Positions 1 through 8,030 of a stretch of DNA of 64,000 nucleotides are shown piece after piece. The stretch's first letter is position 1; the number at the start of each line of letters is the position of its first letter. The notes under the pieces are model-generated. The model searched no databases and was not told the DNA's origin. It saw nothing but the letters and a program-made list of their open reading frames with translations. The DNA is from Escherichia phage vB_EcoM_Goslar, in the sequence record NC_048170.1. One strand, written 5' to 3'. Made by a program: the position numbers and the translations under genes.

Positions 1-1091
1 TCGTCACCGAATTTAACAGCGTCTTTGAAGCCCTGGGATTTCTTACCGATGTTGCCTTTCAGCGCCAGCAGTTTGTCAGCCAGTGCTTCAACACCGCTAA
101 CCGCAGCAGCCAGCTGATTCAGGGACAGGACGGTAGCTTCAACTTCTTTTGCTTCGCCAGAGCGTTCCCAGGTTACTTTACCATCGTTGGCTTTGAAACC
201 CCAACCTGCCGGACCAGCAACGTCAGCGATCGCCGGAGCGTTCAGTTTATCAGCGTACTCGGTGTGAGACTTAGCAACAACGGTACCAACGAATTTATCA
301 GCACGATCGTCAGCAGCCTTCATTGCTTTCTCGAAGGTGTCGGCGATTTTAGTTGCGCCGGTAACCAGATCGTCGCCACCGATGTAGCCTGAAACGCCGC
401 CACCCAGTTTAACTTTGGTATTTTTAGCAGCGCCTTTACGCTTGCCGATCATTTCTTTCAGTTTAGCGGCACGTGCTTTCAGTTTGGTTGCGCCGTCGAA
501 GATACGATCCATGAACTTCACGAAGGTTTCCCAGGAAGTTTTCAGGAAGTTCTTGATGGTTGCCCACAGTTTCTGCCACCATTTTTGTTCTTCCAGGAAG
601 ATCATGTTGGTCGCATCGTAACGGGAAGCGGAACCACCGAAGCTTTCGAAGGACGGCATGGTTTCCGGCAGTTTGAAACCGATAGTACCACACAGACGTT
701 TCAGATTACGCATGTGTTCCTGAGCGGTTTGTGCAGACATACCACCGTCTTTCAGGTAGCTTTCGGTTGCAACAACGGTTTCCGTCAGTTCATCCATGGC
801 TTCATCCATGGCTTCTGCGGTTTCGTCGTCTTTTGCAATTTCGATAACAACAGCATCAACCTGCTCGATATCACCACGAACTTCGATAGCCAGTTCGGTT
901 TCAGCTGCGGTATCTTCAGCGATTTCAGCACGTTCGGTCAGTTCAGCCACAACGGTTTCATCCGCTGGTGCAGCATCAGCTGCCGGTTCTGCTTCAACGG
1001 TTGCCGCTGCATCCGGATCGATCTCAGCAGCCAGTTGAACCAGCTGTGCGTTAGATGGATTTGCGACAAGACGATCAAAAATAGAAGGCAT
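1..1091 (-). CDS. Partial CDS (N-terminal ~363 aa; 3' end beyond window edge): hypothetical abundant protein with acidic Ala/Glu/Asp/Thr-rich N-terminal region
   Basis: Continuous minus-strand frame from ATG near 1091 to position 1, not in ORF track because no stop in window; AAGGAAA Shine-Dalgarno 8 nt upstream; strongly optimised codon usage (CTG, CGT, GGT, AAA, GAA). Confidence 0.8.
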   Translation of the reverse strand, partial: MPSIFDRLVANPSNAQLVQLAAEIDPDAAATVEAEPAADAAPADETVVAELTERAEIAEDTAAETELAIEVRGDIEQVDAVVIEIAKDDETAEAMDEAMDELTETVVATESYLKDGGMSAQTAQEHMRNLKRLCGTIGFKLPETMPSFESFGGSASRYDATNMIFLEEQKWWQKLWATIKNFLKTSWETFVKFMDRIFDGATKLKARAAKLKEMIGKRKGAAKNTKVKLGGGVSGYIGGDDLVTGATKIADTFEKAMKAADDRADKFVGTVVAKSHTEYADKLNAPAIADVAGPAGWGFKANDGKVTWERSGEAKEVEATVLSLNQLAAAVSGVEALADKLLALKGNIGKKSQGFKDAVKFGD

Positions 1092-1155
1092 AATTTGTTT
1101 CCTTTACAATAAATTGCACATTAGCTAATGTGGCTTAAGTGAACCGTCAGCTCAC

Positions 1156-1686
1156 TTAAAAGCCCTTAAAACCCGGTGCCATAGGTTGCCCAAACACCGC
1201 ATTCAAAGTACATATGATGTCCTGGATGCCATTGTCCCAATGGAGCCAAGTACGCACCATCTCTTCGTCTGACAACGTGATATAACTCATAAGTTTACCG
1301 CTGCTTTCCAGACGTTGGTGTGAACTTAACGACTGACGATCTGACCAGTTATCAATCAATTGACCAGCAATCTGAACGTTCGTGTCTCGTCTACCCGTGT
1401 GAATGAACCGTAGTGTATCGCGGATAAACTCCAGACTGGTGAAATTCAGATTTGGGTTATGGCTGTTCATTTCCACCCAATCGGTGATGGGGTACATCAA
1501 ACGATAAAGGGTAGAAAGAACCTGACGTTCATATTTCCAGTCATCGAGAGGAGTACCGTCGACCAGACGCTGATACAAACTAACAACGTCGCGATCGTAG
1601 TTCTCCTGGCGTTTTACGCCGTTAACCGGAAATCCGAAGAACCCGGTACCGTATAACGTTAAAGGGACGTCACGAAGTGCACTCAT
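1156..1686 (-). CDS. Hypothetical protein (176 aa)
   Basis: ORF track; same strand as neighbours; 4-nt overlap with upstream gene suggests translational coupling. Confidence 0.75.
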   Translation of the reverse strand: MSALRDVPLTLYGTGFFGFPVNGVKRQENYDRDVVSLYQRLVDGTPLDDWKYERQVLSTLYRLMYPITDWVEMNSHNPNLNFTSLEFIRDTLRFIHTGRRDTNVQIAGQLIDNWSDRQSLSSHQRLESSGKLMSYITLSDEEMVRTWLHWDNGIQDIICTLNAVFGQPMAPGFKGF

Positions 1687-2585
1687 ACAGCCGCCTCTTC
1701 TTTTCGTTTGATGTCGTAACGAAGTTTCTTCAGTCGCTCTTCGTGATATTCGATCTGTTGCTGGATTTTTGGATCGTTGCCCGCATTCTGTTGCTTTTGC
1801 TTCAGTGACAAAATCCAGTACTCCAACGCTTGGGCTTCTTCTTTGGCTGCTTGTAACGACGCTTCTTCACGTTCGCTGCGCCAGATGCGATAACGGTAAA
1901 TAAGCGTGTTGGTCATTTGAGTGTCGGACCATGAGCCCATACGCATCGGGTCAGTATTACCCGCGTTGTATAAGCCATTACCAACACCGTCTTCATCAGA
2001 AACCACAACATCCGGGATTTTATCCAACCCAGCAAGGATCTGTTGTTTCTGTCCACACAGCACCTCGGTGGCAATGGCGAAACCGTACATGTTGGCGGTT
2101 AGGTAAGCAATCTCGTTTTTGGTGAAGAACTCACCAAGTGCTTTATCACCACCCGGCATGCTTTCGCAGATGACCGTCGCACGAAGCAGCGTACGAGCGT
2201 AGCTAACGTAGAAGCCCAGGGACTCAACAAGACGTACCAGAGCGGCTTCTTTGAAACTCAGACCGTCGGCAGCAACATCGATTTCCAGGTTTTTGTTAAC
2301 ACGTTTAACAATTTCTGGAATCAGATCAACAGCATTACGTAGCGCTAAGTGAACGTTTTCTACCCAGCTTCCAGAGCGAACGCGGGTTAAACGCTGGTGC
2401 AGATCCTTATCAGCAAGTTTCCATAAGGCGCTTTCCCCTTTTTGGAGAAGCGAAGCGGATGTCTCGTAGTAAGGAATCGCGGTGTTGTTGATTTCGTCAC
2501 GGATTGATTCAAGTGCGTCAGCAACACCGGTGCGTTTAAAAAGCGGTTTCAAACCGCGAATGAATTCTTTAAAATCAATTGCCAT
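1683..2585 (-). CDS. Hypothetical protein (300 aa)
   Basis: ORF track; tight spacing in a minus-strand operon. Confidence 0.8.
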   Translation of the reverse strand: MAIDFKEFIRGLKPLFKRTGVADALESIRDEINNTAIPYYETSASLLQKGESALWKLADKDLHQRLTRVRSGSWVENVHLALRNAVDLIPEIVKRVNKNLEIDVAADGLSFKEAALVRLVESLGFYVSYARTLLRATVICESMPGGDKALGEFFTKNEIAYLTANMYGFAIATEVLCGQKQQILAGLDKIPDVVVSDEDGVGNGLYNAGNTDPMRMGSWSDTQMTNTLIYRYRIWRSEREEASLQAAKEEAQALEYWILSLKQKQQNAGNDPKIQQQIEYHEERLKKLRYDIKRKEEAAV

Positions 2586-2624
2586 GAGTGAGCACCTATG
2601 CTATTTCGAAACAGGTTACGTGTA

Positions 2625-3731
2625 TTAACGAATCTGTGGGACGTTTCCGGTACGGAGCGCCTGGAGGATCGTCAGAAGATCGGAACCCGAAGTTGACGAA
2701 CTGTTGGATTTTTCCAGTTGCTTGAAGCTTACGGTGGTCCCTTGATCCAAGCTGTGGAAATAGAAGGTCACCATCTCTTCAGCTTCGTCGATGATGATCA
2801 ACTGCATTGCGAGGGCTTCAGCCATGACTTTCTGACGTGTGGTATAGTCAGATAAACGACGTCCGATCTTACGCTCGATGGCTTCCTGGTTAGCCTTAGA
2901 GATGATATAGGTGGAGGCGATTGCTCCAGAAGAAGGGATCTTTGTGCTCGCTGCAGCTTTTGCGGCATTGATGCGCGCAGCATTAACAGCCTTGCGGATA
3001 CCCTCTTTATCCATGCGTGAGATTCGTTTATGTTCACGAACCAGATCGCTAAGCAGGATCATATCGCTCCAGAAAGACAGCTCACCAGCCATCATGCGAT
3101 GCCAACGTGCTCGCCAGGTGTTCTGTGGGCCACCGATCGCTAAAATCGATGCAAGCACTTCCGCTGGAGAGCTTGCAATACGCATGCTGATGTTCAACGG
3201 CATTTTCATCGTTGCCTGACCATCGGTCAGCGTCACGGTTAAGAACTTGCCGGTGACCGCGTTCGCATCTTTGTTCAGCAATTCGATCGCCGCGTCGCTA
3301 GCTCCAACATCGAGGCTATTTTTTTGTTTCCCCTGCAGGTTGAATCCTTTGTCATCAAGGAAAACAAGGCTTTTGCTATCCGCACTTTCCAGCGCTAATT
3401 TGATAGCCTTATCCGTCAGATTAGCATTACGATTTGGGTTCACACGACCCAGCGTTTTATCTACACTGATGTTACCCACCTGCATGATGGTATTCAACGC
3501 CAGTAAATAGAACCCGGTATACATGTTTTCAGCGGTGCGCATGCAGTTGCCTAACGCATTGCGTGCGTCGCTATAATACAACTCACGTTCAAAGATCAAC
3601 GGCGCGATAACGCGTGAAGGTTGTGAGAGTTCAACCAGCGAACCTGGCTGGATAAGTTTATTAACTTCGTAGACTTTAGCGATACCGGACGCAACAACGT
3701 TAACAGCGTCGGCAATTTCTGATGCTACCAT
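2625..3731 (-). CDS. Hypothetical protein (368 aa)
   Basis: ORF track; coding-like codon usage. Confidence 0.8.
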   Translation of the reverse strand: MVASEIADAVNVVASGIAKVYEVNKLIQPGSLVELSQPSRVIAPLIFERELYYSDARNALGNCMRTAENMYTGFYLLALNTIMQVGNISVDKTLGRVNPNRNANLTDKAIKLALESADSKSLVFLDDKGFNLQGKQKNSLDVGASDAAIELLNKDANAVTGKFLTVTLTDGQATMKMPLNISMRIASSPAEVLASILAIGGPQNTWRARWHRMMAGELSFWSDMILLSDLVREHKRISRMDKEGIRKAVNAARINAAKAAASTKIPSSGAIASTYIISKANQEAIERKIGRRLSDYTTRQKVMAEALAMQLIIIDEAEEMVTFYFHSLDQGTTVSFKQLEKSNSSSTSGSDLLTILQALRTGNVPQIR

Positions 3732-3765
3732 ATTGAAATCCTTATTTACAAATAAAGGAAAGAAA

Positions 3766-4971
3766 ATGTCTAATTACTACGACCAAGCTATTCAAACCAT
3801 TCAGGAGAATAATGCGTCGTTAACACCCGAAGCTGTGGAGGCAGCGGGCAATGCGGTGTTATTCACTGATTCGGATTGGGCAATAGCGCGGAAGAATATT
3901 CGTACCAGTGTCGGTCAAGGGACATACGAGGACAGTATCGCCAGACGGTATCGGAACGTGTCACCTATTCCAGGTAACAGCCCGATCCCGATTAACCGCG
4001 ATCATTCCGGTATTACCTTCTTTACACGACCTAATTTACATCTTACCGACGCGAACTTAAAACGAGATCGACGTTTGTGGTCGTTACGCACGGATAACCC
4101 TAACAGTATTCAGGCTGTTGTCCGCGACTACTTGGACCCTGTGGGTGCCAGAAAGCGGAACCATCGAGGACGTGCCATCGTCGATGAGCGCAATCCATTC
4201 ATAAGTATACTGACGGACAACCTGACGGATATCAGCGGTTTCAATGACATGGAAATGCAGGTCTATCAGGGTAAACCGGGATTACGCCAAGAAACCGTTG
4301 TGATGGCTGACGGTTCAGTGGATATGTTTCAACCCTATAACCTGAACGCGACGTTCAAGAACATCATGGGTAACCCCATCATGTTCCTTCATTATATTTG
4401 GTTGATTTACATCGCTGGTGTGCATAATGGCGAACTGACGCCAAGCCCTCAGGCCATCATTGATAATGAAATGGATTACTGGACAAGATGTTATCGTATC
4501 ATCTTGGATCCGACTGGGATGTATGTTCGTTATATCTTCGCGCCGACCGCGATGTTTCCGGTTGGGCTACCGATTGGTAATATGGCCAACTACAGCATCG
4601 ATAAACCCTTCACGCAAGATAACGAACGTATCACTATTCCATACCAAGCGGTTGGTAACAACGCATTTGATGAGATTCTGAAGGATGAATTCAATCGACT
4701 TGTCCTGATGTTCTATTACGGTGAGAACGATACCCGTACGTTCCTTGAAGATGAGGAGTTGGTACCTATCTCACCCTACGAGCGTCGAATCATGTCGTAT
4801 CGTGTCGATATGTATCCATTTATTCATCCGTTGACCTCAGAGCTTCTTTGGTTCGTACCCGCTGATGATTACAACGAATTCTATCTGGACCTTGAGCCGT
4901 CGGCGTTACCACCGGATACGTTCAGTCGCGATCTTGTCCGTACCACCATTCCGCAAAATTACGAGGGATAA
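3766..4971 (+). CDS. Hypothetical protein (~401 aa); track start 3733 is a TTG, the ATG near 3766 has an AAGGAAAG RBS
   Basis: ORF track 3733..4971; internal Met (MSNYYDQ...) preceded by Shine-Dalgarno. Confidence 0.8.
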   Translation: MSNYYDQAIQTIQENNASLTPEAVEAAGNAVLFTDSDWAIARKNIRTSVGQGTYEDSIARRYRNVSPIPGNSPIPINRDHSGITFFTRPNLHLTDANLKRDRRLWSLRTDNPNSIQAVVRDYLDPVGARKRNHRGRAIVDERNPFISILTDNLTDISGFNDMEMQVYQGKPGLRQETVVMADGSVDMFQPYNLNATFKNIMGNPIMFLHYIWLIYIAGVHNGELTPSPQAIIDNEMDYWTRCYRIILDPTGMYVRYIFAPTAMFPVGLPIGNMANYSIDKPFTQDNERITIPYQAVGNNAFDEILKDEFNRLVLMFYYGENDTRTFLEDEELVPISPYERRIMSYRVDMYPFIHPLTSELLWFVPADDYNEFYLDLEPSALPPDTFSRDLVRTTIPQNYEG

Positions 4972-4974
4972 TAA

Positions 4975-7968
4975 ATGAGCGTAACCAACAAAGATCTTGC
5001 TGAACAGCTCAATCGCTATATGCTTTCACCTATTGAAATGCAGGCTGTTGCAAGCGATATGATCCGTTTGGCTTCTGATGGTGAATTAACCCTGGTTGAC
5101 CCCAGCTGTCCGTTTGTTTATCTGCTGGAGGTTGCAACGGCGACGGCGGCGAACCAGAACGCACGGGATGAATCCCGTGTTCGCGAACTGTATCCGAAGC
5201 TCGCAACGAACTGGAACCAGCTCTATCGTTGGATGTATGATGAGTCGTACGTTGGACGTTTCGCAATGCCGGGTAAAACGGAAATCATCTATTCGTTAGG
5301 GTATCAGGAAATCCTCGATCGCGCTGTAGAGATTCCCAACACCATCGCCTCCGATGATTTAAGCCGTTCTTACAGCCGTAAGTTAGTGATACCACGTACG
5401 ACGGCGTTTACGGTGGCTGGAATGGATTTCGGGTTGCATTATCCCATCGAAATCCAAGTACAAGCGCACGACCAGATCCGCGTCGTTTATAACACCGATA
5501 ACATCAGCCCATTGCAAACCTTGGAGAGTAACCAGGTTGAGTACGGGGTTGTTCGTGTAAAAGCGGGTAAAGTGTTGGTGATGCGTATTCCGCTGTTCCA
5601 GTTTAAAACACTGGTAAAAGATGTGCCGTTTAACAGCGTTCACGGGATGAACAGCAGCATTACCTTCGAAGATCAGTTTTACCATTGTCGTGCGTACATG
5701 TCGTCGGATAACGATACCTGGACGGAGATAGCGACAACACACAGTCAGCAGATCTACGATCCGTTAACACCAACCATCGCGTTACAAGTAGAAGGGAACA
5801 AACTTAACTGGCGTGTTCCTGAAATTTATTTGTCTCAAGGTACGATGGATAAAAGCACCATTCGACTTGAGGTGTTGACGACGAAAGGGAAAATCAGCGT
5901 CGACCCGTCTGATTACGACGTGACCGATTGGAAAGATAACTACATCGATTTGTCACCAAAAGCTGAACAGAAATACAGCGCGCCGCTAAGCGCATTCAAC
6001 ATTAAAGGGATTTATAGCGAAGGGGCATTGTCGGGTGGACGATCTGCATTAACGTTCGAGGAACAACGTGAACGTGTTATGGCGGGTGTGAACAAAACCA
6101 AGGTACCGATCACGGGAACGCAGGTAGAGCTGGTGCTTCAAGATGCGGGTTATGGGATGGTGACCACCATCGACAACGTAACCAATCGTTCGTTCCTGGC
6201 AACCCGAGATTTACCGCAATTGAGCGACAGCGTGCCGCAAGCCGGTTCGTTGATGGGGTCTTTCTATACGTCAGCTGCAGCATTGGTGAAAAGTAAGTTT
6301 GTCGCCGATAACGGCGATCGTATTACAATTAAACCTGACTGCCTGTATCGCGACAGTAACGGAAGTATCACGCTGTTGTCGGACGATGAAATTGACCGTA
6401 TTAATGCAGGCAACTCCGATGCGAAGTTGAACGCGGTAAACAACGCCATGTTGTTCTACAGTCCGTTTCATTACGTATTAGATGCAACAAGCGATTTCGA
6501 CATCCATGCTTATTACCTGGATGCCCCTAAGATCGGCACACAAGCATTCCTCGACGCGAACGAGACGATCCCGTTAACCGCTATGGTGACCGGATACCGT
6601 CTGGATCGTATCGCTGAAGGATATCGTCTAAGCCTCATTGTAGAAGGTAACGACGCATGGAAGGCGCTCGACGATAAAAACGTGCACATCCAGCTGGGAT
6701 TCAATCCGCGGGGTGAGGGTGATTATGCGACGATGCTGGCGTCACCGACAACCGATGAACAAGGTCGTCGTTTGTTCACCTTCGATATCACCACGAATTA
6801 CGATTTTACACGAATCCTGGCCGATGATTCCACGGCGTATGAACCGTATATCGCATTGACTTCGTTCTCGATGTATGAATCAACACCGCGGGATTATTGG
6901 GCATCACTGCAGCAGTATTTGGAAATCTTCCATGTGGTGACGGATTACGCGCCTGAAGATGTCGACGGTATCTTACACAGCGCTTCCGATAATTACCTGG
7001 TTAAGAAACTCACGCTTCAAAATGGGTATTGTTTCTACCGTGAACGTCTCACCGCAACCTTTGGTTATGATCTGGATGGTCTTTGGATGCGTTCTCGTAC
7101 GGTGGCCTCGGAGATCACGTATAAACGTTACACCGAGAACATTCCGTGGGTGTATGATGAAGATATCCCAGCGACGGATGAGACCGGTTCTGTTATCATT
7201 GAGCCGGGTGACGATGGTACGTTGTCGGTTAAATATCTGCATCGTAAAGGAGATCCGAAATTAAACAGTGATGGGAGCCAAGCCTATCGTTATCTGAAAG
7301 GCGACATCATGAAAGATAATTACGGTAATCCGATCCCCGTCGATGAACGTGAGGTTCTGCGTAACCTGGATATGTTCTTTATTGATGCATCGTATCTGTT
7401 AGCGAACGATACAGACGTGATTGAGTATCGTAATGCGATTCCTACGCAGCTTATCGAATGGATCCAGAACGATATCGACACGTTCAGGAATTTCTGTTAT
7501 GAAGAAACAGAGATTTCATTGTATCCTAAGCAATCGCTGGGGTATGTGGATGTTATTGTGGAAAACGGATTGGAAACGACGCTTCCTGCTGCCCTATCGT
7601 TCAACGTGACGCTGTACTTACCAGCTAAGCAATACGCTGACCTGGATTTACGTCAGGTCCTTCAAGCGATGGTATCGAAAGTCATCAATGAATGCTTAAC
7701 ATCCCGTACAGTGGCGAAAGCAGAAATGATCGCGATGATTCGTGAGGAGGGCGGTGACGACATCCTTAACGTTGAAATCGATGATTTTGGACCAGGTAAG
7801 AACCTCAGTGTTTATACCGCGAAGAACGATGGTGTTCGTTGTGCGGTGAAGAAAGAGCTTTATGTTAAAGCGGATGGTATCTTGTCCGTACGTGAAGCGA
7901 TCGATGTAAGTTTTGTGAAACATGCACAAAGCAACAGCACAGCGTTAGCGCAAGGCCTCCGTGTCTAA
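4975..7968 (+). CDS. Large hypothetical protein (997 aa), possibly virion structural
   Basis: ORF track; GAGGG RBS 9 nt upstream; starts 4 nt after previous stop. Confidence 0.85.
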   Translation: MSVTNKDLAEQLNRYMLSPIEMQAVASDMIRLASDGELTLVDPSCPFVYLLEVATATAANQNARDESRVRELYPKLATNWNQLYRWMYDESYVGRFAMPGKTEIIYSLGYQEILDRAVEIPNTIASDDLSRSYSRKLVIPRTTAFTVAGMDFGLHYPIEIQVQAHDQIRVVYNTDNISPLQTLESNQVEYGVVRVKAGKVLVMRIPLFQFKTLVKDVPFNSVHGMNSSITFEDQFYHCRAYMSSDNDTWTEIATTHSQQIYDPLTPTIALQVEGNKLNWRVPEIYLSQGTMDKSTIRLEVLTTKGKISVDPSDYDVTDWKDNYIDLSPKAEQKYSAPLSAFNIKGIYSEGALSGGRSALTFEEQRERVMAGVNKTKVPITGTQVELVLQDAGYGMVTTIDNVTNRSFLATRDLPQLSDSVPQAGSLMGSFYTSAAALVKSKFVADNGDRITIKPDCLYRDSNGSITLLSDDEIDRINAGNSDAKLNAVNNAMLFYSPFHYVLDATSDFDIHAYYLDAPKIGTQAFLDANETIPLTAMVTGYRLDRIAEGYRLSLIVEGNDAWKALDDKNVHIQLGFNPRGEGDYATMLASPTTDEQGRRLFTFDITTNYDFTRILADDSTAYEPYIALTSFSMYESTPRDYWASLQQYLEIFHVVTDYAPEDVDGILHSASDNYLVKKLTLQNGYCFYRERLTATFGYDLDGLWMRSRTVASEITYKRYTENIPWVYDEDIPATDETGSVIIEPGDDGTLSVKYLHRKGDPKLNSDGSQAYRYLKGDIMKDNYGNPIPVDEREVLRNLDMFFIDASYLLANDTDVIEYRNAIPTQLIEWIQNDIDTFRNFCYEETEISLYPKQSLGYVDVIVENGLETTLPAALSFNVTLYLPAKQYADLDLRQVLQAMVSKVINECLTSRTVAKAEMIAMIREEGGDDILNVEIDDFGPGKNLSVYTAKNDGVRCAVKKELYVKADGILSVREAIDVSFVKHAQSNSTALAQGLRV

Positions 7969-7983
7969 AACAAAATAGCGTGA

Positions 7984-8030
7984 GCATAACCCTCCTCCAA
8001 CCCGTAAGGGAAGGAGGAGGGAATATGCTG
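7984..8030. terminator. Bidirectional stem-loop between convergent genes (CCCTCCTCC / GGAGGAGGG arms, extended by CATAAC...ATGCTG flanks)
   Basis: Near-perfect inverted repeat read directly; lies between the + gene ending 7968 and the - gene ending 8031. Confidence 0.6.

Noticed and set aside
585-1112. Plus-strand ORFs 585..1112 and 796..1038 with Ser/Ala-rich low-complexity translations
   Set aside because: Antisense shadow of the strongly codon-biased minus-strand gene 1..1091; no RBS and a repetitive translation
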